Shown here: one piece after another, positions 22,693-35,136 of the stretch | How positions within the stretch are numbered: position 1 is the first letter of the stretch | Layout: each line of letters begins with the position of its first letter | Assembly (NCBI GenBank): GCA_965113315.1 | Contig: OZ220365.1 | From: Podarcis vaucheri | Lineage: Eukaryota | Reading direction: 5' to 3' (one strand) | DNA length: 64,000 nucleotides | Position numbers and translations under genes: made by a program | The notes under the pieces: generated by a model | Seen by the model: the letters and a program-made list of their open reading frames with translations, nothing else | Database searches by the model: none | What the model was told of the DNA's origin: nothing

Positions 22693-25292
22693 ACATCAGG
22701 CCATTTTTTAAAAAAGAAGGCAGTTTAAGAACCATACTCTGTTAACTAGCATGAGTTCTGGAACATTCCCCCAACCACTGATGTAGTCAATGTAAAAGGG
22801 AAAAATGTAAAATGAGCTAGGGATTTCTGTGAGACAGTGAGCAGTTGCTAAGCATCTTTTCCTCACTAGAGGAGGAGCAGAACCCATCAAAGTAACATTG
22901 GGATTACAAAACTTAGAATAACTTGTTGGGCCCAAGCGCTTCTTAATTATTCAAGGCATTAATAAACAAGAATTATTTTTAAATTTTGAATACTATAAAA
23001 GTCTTTGAGATTACCCAGCATATGCTAATTGAATTTCTATCATTTTCCAGATGTTTATACAGTGCTCTGTATGTTGACAGAGGTCTCTGAACCTTCCAAG
23101 AGAAATGCTTTCCATGTCTGATTTATGAATAATTGTAGCCACTAAATTCATAGCGGAAGACATCTTTGAACATTGTCTTTTGAGTGGAGTAAGAAATCTG
23201 AAACCAAGGGACCTCTATCTGGATGCTTTTCCAGTTGGGAAAGGCTTGTGAGCAGACATGTCTTTCTGCTGGAGAAAGTTCACTTGTTTGCTGTTGATCT
23301 ATGCCTGCCTGTTCACTTGAATTATTTGGTTTACTAGGCATTATCTTAACAGACTTGTTTCCAAGACAGTTATTCTGCATGACCTAAATCTTTTGTTACC
23401 CACAACAGCATGTGAGCAATCTATTTTTAGCTACAACTTTTTCTTTTAACAGAAGTCTGAGTCATTGCCACTCAGGTATGCCTTCACACCTTTCAGTTCT
23501 TGTTGCATAATCTCACTGTCAAATTGGCTTGATGAGGATTTGAAACACTGATTTAACATGATGATAATCCAGAGCCTCCTTGGGCCAAAAAGCCATGTTC
23601 TCTTAAACTGCAAGCTCAGCCTATAATCCAGAGCAGAGGGGAAGCTCCTGTCATGCCCCCAGACTGGAAACTCATGTTTGTAGTCAGACATTAAAACACA
23701 GACCCCCAATTTGGCTGTAACAGAAAACTGATTCAAGAAACATCAGAAGTACTGAACTGCGGCATATCAGAGTTGGGAGAGGGAAACGGAAAGAGCGGGC
23801 ACAAAGCTGGTGAATAATTCTCAGGCTTCATACACTGAACCATGCTTAAGTAATTGTAATATTAGTGCTATACCATTACAATGAGATGNNNNNNNNNNNN
23901 NNNNNNNNNNNNNNNNNNNNNNNNNNNNNNNNNNNNNNNNNNNNNNNNNNNNNNNNNNNNNNNNNNNNNNNNNNNNNNNNNNNNNNNNNNNNNNNNNNNN
24001 NNNNNNNNNNNNNNNNNNNNNNNNNNNNNNNNNNNNNNNNNNNNNNNNNNNNNNNNNNNNNNNNNNNNNNNNNNNNNNNNNNNNNNNNACATCAGGCCAT
24101 TTTTTAAAAAGAAGGCAGTTTAAGAACCATACTCTGTTAACTAGCATGAGTTCTGGAACATTCCCCCAACCACTGATGTAGTCAATGTAAAAGGGAAAAA
24201 TGTAAAATGAGCTAGGGATTTCTGTGAGACAGTGAGCAGTTGCTAAGCATCTTTTCCTCACTAGAGGAGGAGCAGAACCCATCAAAGTAACATTGGGATT
24301 ACAAAACTTAGAATAACTTGTTGGGCCCAAGTGCTTCTGCAGAGTAATTATTCAAGGCATTAATAAACAAGAATTATTTTTAAATTTTGAATACTATAAA
24401 AGTCTTTGAGGATTACCCAGCATATGCTAATTGAATTTCTATCATTTTCCAGATGTTTATACAGTGCTCTGTATGTTGACAGAGGTCTCTGAACCTTCCA
24501 AGAGAAATGCTTTCCATGTCTGATTTATGAATAATTGTAGCCACTAAATTCATAGCGGAAGACAATCTTTGAACATTGTCTTTTGAGTGGAGTAAGAAAT
24601 CTGAAACCAAGGGACCTCTATCTGGATGCTTTTCCAGTTGGGAAAGGCTTGTGAGCAGACATGTCTTTCTGCTGGAGAAAGTTCACTTGTTTGCTGTTGA
24701 TCTATGCCTGCCTGTTCACTTGAATTATTTGGTTTACTAGGCATTATCTTAACAGACTTGTTTCCAAGACAGTTATTCCTGCATGACCTAAATCTTTTGT
24801 TACCCACAACAGCATGTGAGCAATCTATTTTTAGCTACAACTTTTTCTTTTAACAGAAGTCTGAGTCATTGCCACTCAGGTATGCCTTCACACCTTTCAG
24901 TTCTTGTTGCATAATCTCACTGTCAAATTGGCTTGATGAGGATTTGAAACACTGATTTAACATGATGATAATCCAGAGCCTCCTTGGGCCAAAAAGCCAT
25001 GTTCTCTTAAACTGCAAGCTCAGCCTATAATTCCAGAGCAGAGGGGAAGCTCCTGTCATGCCCCCAGACTGGAAACTCATGTTGTAGTCAGACATTAAAA
25101 CACAGACCCCCAATTTGCTGTAACAGAAAACTGATTCAAGAAACATCAGAAGTACTGAACTGCGGCATATCAGAGTTGGGAGAGGGAAACGGAAAGAGCG
25201 GGCACAAAGCTGGTGAATAATTCTCCAGGCTTCATACACTGAACCATGCTTAAGTAATTGTAATATTAGTGCTATACCATTACAATGAGATG
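22693..25292. repeat. 1.2-kb direct duplication flanking a 200-N assembly gap (22693-23888 vs 24089-25292)
   Basis: Copy 1 ends exactly at the gap and copy 2 starts exactly after it; the copies differ mainly by 1-nt indels. Confidence 0.95.
23889..24088. other. Assembly gap (200 N)
   Basis: Run of N. Confidence 1.
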
Positions 25293-27118
25293 TGTTCACA
25301 CATTACATTCAGTGAGTATGCAACCTGTGAATACACCAGTAGTTGTAGTCTGTTATCTGTGTACACAGTAGTTGCTGTACAAATCAACAAGTGTACATGT
25401 TCACAGAAATACTTGTGCTTTGGGGGAGACAGTTTGTACTTGCATTCAATGCAGATTGTCTATGGGCTACTCATATTACAACTGTTTTCACCACCTTGTA
25501 ATACTTACCAATGGTTGTGTTTTAAAGTCAGTGCAGCCTACCTTAGTGGGTTATAATGTTAAGGTGCTGAGGCATATTTATTGGAGAACTAACAACAAAT
25601 TTAGTAAGTAATGCTACAATCCTATAGACCAGTGGCTCCCAATTAGCTAAGTACTGCAGAGTACTACAGACCCCCTTTTTTTCAAAAGCCAAGCCATGGA
25701 CTTTCGAAAATGTTGACAAATCTATGGTAGTTATTGCTACATGAATGGTGCTGCAGACGCCTGGGTGGGGAATTGGGAACCACTGCTAAAGACAAGTCTC
25801 AGGAACACAATTGCTCTTTCAGGTAAATAGGCATGCACAGGATTGAAATGCAAATTATTTAGAAGTAGTGTTGCCAATTCGCAGCACATGAGTTCTACAA
25901 GTTTTCTCATCACATATCTTTTACCACTGCTGTTACAACATTTCAGAATTTAAAACTAAGCTGGTGTATTATCAATATATGCCTATTCATGATATTATTT
26001 TGTTACATGTTATTGATTTCTATGGAAGTAAACTGTCCATCGATAAGGGAGAAGGGGGTTGCTAGTATTAAACATTACACACAGAACCTCTGCCAAAATT
26101 CTAAACTTACTGCCCTGGGCTCCTTTGGAAGCAAGGTCATGACACAAATGTAATAAATACTTGCAAAACGAGAGAAATGGTACCCACAGAGATCTGATGA
26201 AAGCGACAACAAAGTATTGCCCAAGACAAGGCAAACTCTGCATAAAAAGCACAATTAAGTTTCCAGTTCTCATGCTTCTGGAGTACAGCTTGAAAACGTG
26301 TGACTGCATTATGTGACTGGGGGACTGGCACCTGATCTAATGTGTACCCTGAACCTAAACCAAGTCCCACAGATTTTAAAGGAAGTTACTTTCTCCCTAT
26401 TAAACCCACAGTATTTGTATAGCACATTGCCCATTTACCTGGGAGTAACAAGGTGCTTACTTCTCTCAGAAGCATGCCCCAAAGCCTGCATTGCAAGTCA
26501 ACTCTCCTGATCGCCGCCAACCCAAGCGAGATCTTCAAGAGTGGCAACCAAGTTCTGATTTTGCACTTGGCGATCGGCTAGCTACAAAACCTGACACCGG
26601 CCACTCTGGGGCAGCTTTCCTCGCCGTGACCAAACCAACCCCTTTAGCCATCCGGAGGTGGCCGGGGGAGGAGCACGCGGATAACCAAGCCATGGCGCAA
26701 TCCTACGGCGCGTGTTACTTTATTTTTATACAGCTGCCTTCAGGTAAACGTAGCCCAGGGCGGTTCACCACATTTTATCCAGGCGCCGCTCCACTCCCCT
26801 GAGTTGCTCGGAGCTTACTCTCGAGTAAGTGTGCTTAGGATTGCAGCCTAAACCTAGACCTGCACGCTGAGCTGCTCTGAGGCAGCGGGAGGAGGAGGAG
26901 GAGGAGGAGAACGACGGGGAAAGCCCCTTCGCCCTGCAAAGAGCGAGGCCGTGCAAGTGGGCGGCTTCTCCTCCGAAACCCGCATGCGGCACATGGCCGG
27001 GTTGATCGGACCCCGGAAGGCTGCTTGGAGGCGCACCTACAAAGGCACCTGCGCCTCTGCAAGCAACGTGGCGCGGCGGGGCTGCCCGGAGCCCGCGGCG
27101 GCTGGTCGGGCGAAGTAC

Positions 27119-27238
27119 CTGCACCATGATGGCCAGACGGAGCGAGTCCTTGGCGATGTTGTCGCCGCATTTCTTGCAAGAAGCCCGGCCGCTCTTGGCG
27201 TACTCGGCCCGGTACATCTTCTCTGCAGGCTCCGCCAT
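27119..27238 (-). CDS. PARP1: PARP1 exon 1 CDS (ZnF1 N-half)
   Basis: [40 protein letters not shown]; 120 nt; donor GTACTT. Confidence 0.98.
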
Positions 27239-27278
27239 AGCTGCACCAGCAAGCCCGTCCGAAATCAGCTCGGGCTAA

Positions 27279-27338
27279 GGAGGAGGAGGAGGAGAGGAGG
27301 AGGCGGCGGCGGCGGCAGCAGCAGCAGCAGCGGCGGCG
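27279..27338. repeat. Compound trinucleotide repeat (GGA)n(GGC)n(AGC)n in the probable PARP1 5'UTR
   Basis: ggaggaggaggaggagaggaggaggcggcggcggcggcagcagcagcagcagcggcggcg, 40-100 nt upstream of the ATG. Confidence 0.9.
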
Positions 27339-28104
27339 CCAAAAAACCAGCCGGATGGCTTCTTACACAGCCAGGCTCCCGCCCCTCGGTACCGAGCGCA
27401 GAGCGATCGAGCCGCGCCCCGTCCAAGCCGTCTTCCTTTCGGCGATCGATTAGCCGTGCCGCGCCCAGGAGTCCTAGGTCTCGAGAGCGACCCCCACAAA
27501 CTCTCCAGGGAGGATGACGAGGAATCGTCGCGCTCGGCTGGTGGAGCCGCGAGGGAAAGGGCCGGCGGTCACGTGGTCGGCGAGGGCGTTCTATGGAGTT
27601 GCCCTCGGCGTTTAAGGGCGTTCTCTCTTCTCCCTCGCTCTGCCTCCTCTGGGTGGCGGCACGTGCTTGCTCCTTTCTCGGCAGGCAATCCTTTATGGAG
27701 TAGCTGTGCCGTGACTGAAAAGCCCTTCCGGATGGAATGCTGCTAAAGTCAGGCTGTTGTCCTACGCGCGCATGTCCCTGGGAGTAAGAACCCATTGGGG
27801 TCTACTTCTGAGTAAACAGGCATGGGGTTTCAGGTTGCGTAGTAGAGCAGAGGGCTGCAAGCTTTTGGGGATGTGCGTGTTTGTGTGGTATGATCCAGTG
27901 TTTTGCTGTTACCTAGAAATCTTCCACGGTCAGTCCGGGAAGTAACTTTGTTAAGAGCAACGTTTCTTCCCCTGCAGATTATTCTAGATTCCCCAAGCTT
28001 CCCCTGAAAATCAATTTCCTCAGAACATTCACATGTTATAATGGTTTACCGTAAAAAGATCCTCGTGCATGAGTGAATGGTATTTCTGCTTAGCTAGGAG
28101 TTAG

Positions 28105-28790
28105 CATTATTTTTGTTATGTTTAATTGAATTTTTTTTACAAAACATCTCTTTTTATATTTTTTATTTTCACAATAAACATTACATTAAAAAAGAACTAA
28201 AAAGACATAAAATAAAACAATTAAAACAGCTATGTACACTCTTAATATTAAATCCATATTTTGGGATTTCTTTGAATCCCCTGACTTCCCTCCCCTCCCT
28301 CCCCTGGTTCCTTTGTATTATTTTCATTTATGCATGTCAACAAAGAATCTTTATCTCTAATTACCTTCTAATTTAAACATTGTCCATAGCGTTACAAGTG
28401 TTTTTAAAATCCTGCTAATTTATTTACCTCCTTACATTGCTTTTGTATATATGCAATAAACATTTCCCATTTTTAAAATATTTGTTTTCTAAGATTTCCA
28501 GTTAGTTTAGCCATTTTCGCATTTTCCATTAACTTAATTTGCCAATCTTCCTTAGTTGGGATATCTTCTTCTTTCCAGTGCTGGACTAGCAGTATTCACG
28601 CAGCCGTTTTTGCATACATAAAGTTTTATACTCTTTAGGTAGATCAGCTCCTCTAATTCCTAATAGAAAAGCTTTTGGTTTCTTAACAAAAGTTATTTTA
28701 AACATTTTTTTCCAATTCATTATATATCATTTCCTATTTTTAAAAAATAACCTTACATTGCCACCACATATGATACGTAATTTTTATGAT
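28105..28790 (-). mobile_element. Degraded L1 3' fragment (ORF2 C-terminus plus 3'UTR)
   Basis: Minus strand encodes a Y.HMWWQCK-like knuckle at about 28750-28780 and RILLVQHWKEEDIPTKEDWQIKL; A-rich tail. Confidence 0.75.
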
Positions 28791-29074
28791 TTTTACGAAA
28801 CATCTCAGTGCCTTCCAGTGGCCTTCCATATATTGCTCGACCACAACTCCCATCAACACTAACTATTGTTCCTTCTGAATGGAACCAATAGGAGTGGAGT
28901 CCAACAGCAACCAGAGGCTTACAGGTCTACTACCGTATAGAACTGCCCTTGATTTAGGACCAACTTCAGAATACTTCCTGCAGAGACCTTCAGAGTTGTT
29001 CTCCCACACTATTAGGCAGAAGACAGCAGCTTTCAGTGCTAATGTCACAGGCTACTGGTTTTTGTATGTACACA

Positions 29075-29700
29075 CACACACATATATTTGGAAGCAACCA
29101 AAATGGAGACAATGGAGTGCACCTTCGGGGGTGAAGTCAACGTGCTGCATTAGTAGCACCAAAGTAACCTGCCTAGGGCACAAGCCTGGGCAGAGTGTAT
29201 GAAGGTCCAGACAACAAGACCCACCTCTCAGCCTTGCTGATGTAATCAAAAGGAAATCAGAACAGTATGTTTGGCACCAGCTTGACTGCAGGAGTTGCTG
29301 TGAGGAGGCATACAAGGTGCCATCCAACCATCTTGGGGACTCTACTCCAGATTTGTGTAGGCTTTACTTCTTGGCCTCTTGAAGGGGTCATGTGAGGTAG
29401 CAGAGGTTAAGGATGAGAGTTCCTTCTAGATGGGCTACCTTCCCAGGTTGATAAGCCCCACCTGCTCTTCACTTAAGCATGTGCAGAAACCACCACCTTG
29501 ACCTTGGGACCCACTGTTAGTCTCGTCCACTCTCCTTTGGTCCCCACCCTGCACTCAGCTCTCACCTGTGGCTCCTTGAACCTGTCGGCATGTGGCAGCG
29601 GTCACACGCCGATAATGGCTTCAGCCGGCCAGCTAAACCAGCTGAGGGTAGCCAATGGGTCTCAAACCTTTGGTGAGTTAGGGACTTCCCCTGCATGCTT
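29075..29700. mobile_element. RTE-like non-autonomous retroelement remnant
   Basis: Resembles recalled squamate RTE UTR sequence (CTAGATGGGCTACCTTCCCAGG, GGGACCCACTG); not verified. Confidence 0.35.
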
Positions 29701-30344
29701 TTGGATAATATAATTGTTATAGCACCAAATTATTATATGTATTTGTTCAGGAAATAGATGGATTAGGGAATTGGAAACTTGCTTTACAGTCACCTTGTTT
29801 AAGCCAGTCCGCTGAGGACCTGATCTGAGGACGCATTTCTTATGAGAGAGTAAAAATGGACAAAAGAAAGCATGCAAGGCAACTTGAAATTACATGTTCT
29901 CACTCCCAGTGAAAAGCTTCAGTTCCCAAAGGTGCTTGAACATAACTTGAACTGATAAGGTGACCTAAATTCAGCAGACGCAGGCTGCCCTATTTATAAA
30001 GATCTGTCATCGAGAGATTACCAGCAGATGAGTTTTCATGATGCATCTGTTAATTCAGGTAGGAACTGTAATGGACTCTTAACTGAGGTTTTATGGATAG
30101 AGAATTATTTGGGGGGGGGGTTGTGTCCATTGCTTAAACTAACTATGTAATGAATATTATAAATAGGGAAATGCATCAGCGGATTTGTTTGATTTGGTAT
30201 TGTGAAGGTAATTGTGTATTAATGCAAATATTATAATGCAAATATGCTGCTACTGCAAATAACAACAGTATCAGCCTGCCACCAGTATACAGGTTATACG
30301 ATCTGGGTGAAGAACAACTTGTAAATAATTGAAATAAGTATTGG

Positions 30345-30640
30345 TTTGGGGACTCCAGAGCAGGAGAAAATAAGCTTGTTCCATCCTCCAAGTGACAGCA
30401 CTTTAGCTATTTGAAGATGGGTATCATATCTCTCAGTCTCCTCTTTACCAGGCTTCACATACTCCTTCCAACGTTCCTCATAAGGCTTGGTTTCCAGACC
30501 CTTGATCATCTTGGCTGCCCTCTGCTACACATGTTCCAGCTTGTCAATATCCTCCTTAAACTGCGGTGCCTAGAACTGGACAAAGTACTCCAGGAGTGGT
30601 CTGACCAAGGCAGAATAGAGTGGTACTATTACTTTCCTTG
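30345..30640 (-). mobile_element. CR1 ORF2 fragment
   Basis: VIVPLYSALVRPLLEYFVQF / MIKGLETKPYEER with frameshifts. Confidence 0.85.
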
Positions 30641-30748
30641 AATATACATGAAATAAATACACCTGCCATCCCCTGTATGCAGAGTCCTGTGACACTACAG
30701 AACCAAAGAAGCATGCTCTGTTTTCCTTATCTGAAGAACCCCATAGGG

Positions 30749-30884
30749 CAGGCATAGGCAAACTTGGCCCTCCAGATGTTTTGAGACTACAAGTCCCATC
30801 ATCCTTAGCTAACAGAACCTGTGGTTAGGGATGATGGGAGTTGTAGTCCCAAAACATCTGGAGGGCTGAGTTTGCCTATGTCTG
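30749..30884. mobile_element. 136-bp palindromic hAT MITE
   Basis: Perfect 8-bp TSD CCATAGGG (30741-30748, 30885-30892); ~60-bp inverted arms. Confidence 0.9.
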
Positions 30885-31020
30885 CCATAGGGGATGCTGC
30901 AGGCAGTCCCTAATCTAGATATGCCTGAACACTTAAGCTATTTGGGACACAGAGTCTGGCTTGATGGCATCTTCCGCAAAATCTGCCTATGTTGGGAAGG
31001 GGGGAAATTTGATTATCTCT

Positions 31021-31035
31021 GCACTAGATGGCACC
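31021..31035 (+). promoter_or_regulatory. Candidate CTCF motif
   Basis: GCACTAGATGGCACC. Confidence 0.45.
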
Positions 31036-31348
31036 ACAGCTACAGTTAAAATGTGGCACATATAGGAAACACTCTGTGGTGAAAATGGAAGAGAGTCACT
31101 CTTGCGTTCACATTCTTTCCTAAGGGCCAAAGGACCACCTTTGTTGAATGTAACTTTGCACTGGCAGGTGTGAGTTTTTCTTAAATGATAGCAGGGCAGG
31201 GGCTGGAAGGAGAGGAAAAAGGGGGCAGAAAATACTCATTGCAGTGCAGAGGGAAATGGTCTAATGGTATTTTCACTTTTGCCATGTTCCAGATCTGAAC
31301 TGGCCCCTCCAAGGATGTGATTTAACACTGATAGACACATGCACAATA

Positions 31349-31574
31349 CAATGTTACCTCGGGTTAAGAACTTAATTCATTCCAGAGGTCCGTTCTTAAC
31401 CTGAAACTGTTCTTAACCTGAAGCACCACTTTAGCTAATGGGGCCTCCCGCTGCCGCTGTGCCGCAGCAGCGCAATTTCTGTTCTCATCCTGAAGCAAAG
31501 TTCTTAACCCAAGGTACTATTTCTGGGTTAGTGGAGTCTGTAACCTGAAGCGTCTGTAACCCCAAGTACCACTA
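31349..31574. mobile_element. Tigger/mariner-type MITE
   Basis: Same family as 7260 and 11994, with degenerate TIRs. Confidence 0.85.
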
Positions 31575-31989
31575 TATGTAGTTTGGCCAAGGAAATAAGT
31601 TCCAGGATGTTATTTTACAGAGACGGATTACTTGGGATGCAGGAGTATACCTGTGATGCTTGGTGTTTTTGTCATTTATTTTTATTTATAAATATACGAA
31701 CCAAGTAAGAGGAAGCAGGCAGACACCCAGAGAGGCATCTGCTAGTCTTTGAAGCTACATCAGAGGCAACAGCATATGCCTGTATCTACCCAAGGCTACG
31801 TCATGCCAGCCAGCAGCAAGCGTTCAATCTGTTTTTCTCATCATTGCTTTTTAAAAATCATGCTTTGTTTTTTTTAAAAAAAGACGTCAAGGCAATTCAC
31901 AACAATTAGGTGAAAAGTTAAATAAGAGCTATCAAAAATACCAACACTACATTAAAAAACCACCCTCAAATCATCAATGTCAATCAGTG

Positions 31990-32462
31990 AAATATCCTGA
32001 CGTTGAGCTGGAATCTCCTTTCTTGTAACTTGAAGTCATTGGTTTGGGTCCTACCCTCTGGAGCAGCAGAAAACAAGCTTGTTGCATCTTCCATGTGACA
32101 GCCCTTAAGATATTTGAAGATGGCTATCATATGTCCTCTCTGTCTCCTTTTATCCAGGCTAAACATACCCAACTCCTTCAATTGTTCCTCATAAGGTTTG
32201 GTCTCCAGACCCTTGATCATCTTGGTCACCTTCCTCTGCATATGTTCTAGTTTGTCAGTATCCTTAAATTGCACTGCCCAGAACTGGACACAGTATTCCA
32301 GGTGTGCTTTGACCAAGGCAGAATAGAGAGGTACTATTGCTTCCCTTGACCAGGACCCCATAGTTCTATTGATGCAGCCTAGAATAGCATTAGGGTTTTT
32401 TTTGTTTTGTTACTGTTGATTCATGTTAATCTTATGGTCTGCTAAGACCCCTAGATCCTTTT
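31990..32462 (-). mobile_element. CR1 ORF2 fragment
   Basis: SREAIVPLYSALVKAHLEYCVQFWA...MIKGLETKPYEEQLKELGMFSLDKRR. Confidence 0.9.
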
Positions 32463-34469
32463 TACAATATACATCAGGAGGCTTAGTTTGGTCAGAATTG
32501 AGTCTACACATCCAGAGTTAACACTAAATACGACTAAACAACAACAACAAATTTTACTTCTGGTCAGTGAGCCATCATAGCAGCTAGAGGGCACAAAAAT
32601 TTGTGTCCTGGTTTTTTTAGACTCGTCTGCCCATGTACTATGTGAAACCAAAGGGGCATATTGGTTGCCAGATGTGATTTTTTTCAGATCTCCTACCTCA
32701 CTATTTCTCCTCCAGCTCCAGCCACCTGAGAGAATGTCAGAGCCTTAAAGGGCCAGCCCTCTGGCCTGAAGGTGAGCCATACTCTATAGCCTTCCTTCTG
32801 GTGTGTTCCTGTCATTGCTGGACTGACAATGTGGCGTGGGTAGCATCTGGTTCTTCAGGGGGTCTCAAGGGTCCAGGATCTGGCCTTATAGGCCCTGATG
32901 ATCTGAAAGGTTCCTCTGAAAATTCTTAACCAACTGCCTCAGGTGCAGTGGTCTTCCTCAGCCAGCTCTGAGCCCTGACCCAGACCTAGCTCCCCATCTG
33001 GTGCCCCTGCAGCCTCCATCTCTGTGCCCAAATCAGTGCTGGTTACAGGGGTCATGGAGCTTTGGATCATTTGCTCCTCCATATAGTCATCTTCAGCCCA
33101 TATGCACAAAACATTTTAATTATATTTTTGTTATTTGTCTTGGGAGGCTCACTTTAGTGCCATATGATGCCTCTTGTCTTCCAAGTGTGTTTTTTGCAGA
33201 GGACATCGCTGCCCTTCCACAAGGGACTTGTTATATTGATGAATAAATTAGGCATAAAGATCTGTTTCTCCTGCTTCCTAATTATAGGCATACAGCTGTT
33301 TCCTCTCTGTAGACGTGCACATTCCATGCACATCAGATTTCTGAGATACAACCACCCCTTCTGTTTGTAAATGTAACTGCTAAGAAGTTGTAATAAAGGC
33401 AGTAGAGAGTTATTGGCCCGTGTGTGGAGTTAAAACCCACGATCCCAGTGTCAATAAGGCTGGTCCGGGTGGGAGTGTCCACAGTATCCCAGGTGAGAGA
33501 TGGGGTAGCATCCCTGGATGTTTCAAGATTGCAACTTGGATCCAAAATACGTGCATCATCTGGAGCATGTGGGTGTTTTGTATACTATTTTTTTTATTAC
33601 TGTGTTGGGTATTACTCTCCTTCCTGTTTAGTTTTAAGCGGTTTTTAAAAAGTTGTTTTGTACACATTTGAATGGGCTTTTTTGATTGATATTATTATTT
33701 CTAATTGTTTCTAATATATATATTTGAACTGTTAGTTGTTCTCTTGAAATGTTGTGAGCCTCTTTGGGCGCATTTTTGTGGAAAAGTGGCATACAAATAA
33801 ACAGATGGTGATGAAAATTAAGCACAATATTACAAAATGGCAACCAGTCTCCAGCGAGCTCTTTTCAAAGGAAACCAGCCATTGGTAAGCACTGTGCCCA
33901 TGGAACTTTTCCAGCACTATTAGAATTGGGGTGTACATCACAAATGTCCCTATGGGAAAACAATACCATGTAGCTGGGCTTGGAGAGGCAACTTTTTGGA
34001 TGTCACCTCTCTGGGGTTACTAACTGAACTGGGCTCCTCTTGTATCTTGAACAGTGTCTTTGGCAGCAGTTTCTGATGGAGAAACTAGCCCCATTGGCAG
34101 TCACTGAGAATTCCCATATTGTGCTTTCCTTATCTCTGTAGTTGAACTGTGGCTCATTCTTGGTCCTTGTCTAATCACCCACTATATGACTAATCTGCAA
34201 CATTCATTAAAAGGGCCATAAATTACTGTTGACAGGAGTGGGGAATGTGTGACAGTGTCACTAGCTTCTGTTGGCTTTCAGTGACAAGCTTTCGAATCTA
34301 GCAGTCAGCGTGATTCTCTTCATTCTGGTTCAGGAGCTGTTGGTTGCATGGAATGTCAGACAAATCAAGTGAAGATGAATAGTATGAGAAGATGAACTTT
34401 TCTGCTGGCAAAAGAAGCTGAGCTTTGGGGTAGGGGTAGAGGAATACAGAGTTCATGTTTTATAACCCC

Positions 34470-34609
34470 TTCAGCCCCACTCACCTCACAGAGTGTTTGT
34501 TGTGGGGGAGGAAGGGAAAGGAGAATGTTAGCCGCTTTGAGACTCCTGAAGGGGAGTGAAAGGCGGGATATCAAATCCAAACTCTTCTTCTTCTTCTTCT
34601 TCTTCTTCT
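34470..34609 (+). mobile_element. 5'-truncated Squam3-like SINE
   Basis: Matches the body of 21615-21869; (CTT)n tail. Confidence 0.85.
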
Positions 34610-34775
34610 TTACCTCGTATCCTATAGTTTATGATATTTGAGGTGCCTTTCTATAGACCACTGAACTCCAGTTTAATCAAACAGAAGCATAGGTGACTCT
34701 TTACAGGGACCAGTTTGAAACAGAAGACTCCCAGAAGTATCAGTGGATCAAAGTAAGATGATCTAGTGCTGGCTT

Positions 34776-35136
34776 AAAGGTAAAGGTAAAGGTACCCCTG
34801 CCCGTACGGGCCAGTCGTGACCGACTCTGGGGTTGCGTGCTCATCTCGCTTAAGAGGCCGGGAGCCAGCGCTGTCCGAAGACACTTCTGGGTCACGTGGC
34901 CAGCGTGACGAAGCTGCTCTGGCGAGCCAGCACCAGCACAGCACACGGAAACGCCGTTTACCTTCCCGCTATAAAGCGGTACCTATTTATCTACTTGCAC
35001 TTAGGTGTGCTTTTGAACTGCTAGGTGGGCAGGAGCTGGGACCGAATGACGGGAGCTCACCCCACTGCGGGGATTCGAACCACCGACCATATGATCGGCA
35101 AGTCCTAGGTTTTACCCACAGCGCCACCCACGTCCC
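34776..35136 (-). mobile_element. Sauria SINE (Squam1-like)
   Basis: Head GGGACGTGGGTGGCGCTGTGGG, (ACCTTT)n tail, 11-bp TSD AGTGCTGGCTT. Confidence 0.92.

Larger units (their letters stand above)
112..27238 (-). other. PARP1: PARP1 gene span, coding exons 1-14; 3' part lies beyond the left window edge
   Basis: 14 exons join in frame through GT-AG introns into 2058 nt (686 aa) of recognisable PARP1. Most exon lengths equal the recalled human ones (120,116,215,117,177,141,243,69,133,196,129). Confidence 0.99.
26500..27780 (-). promoter_or_regulatory. CpG island / TATA-less PARP1 promoter and 5'UTR
   Basis: Dense CpG and high GC across exon 1. CACGTG E-boxes at 27570-27575 (GGTCACGTGG, USF-type) and 27660-27665. 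E2F-like TTTGGCGC on the minus strand at about 27336-27343. Confidence 0.85.

Noticed and set aside
23821-24330. ORFs containing X runs
   Set aside because: Artefacts of translating the N gap.
112-27238. U12-type or non-canonical introns, or intronic snoRNAs, in PARP1
   Set aside because: All donors are ordinary GT with no GTATCCT consensus; no convincing C/D or H/ACA box pair with a terminal stem was seen.
26765-27795. Long overlapping ORFs on both strands (157-188 aa) around exon 1
   Set aside because: Explained by stop-poor GC-rich CpG-island sequence; only 27119-27238 matches PARP1.
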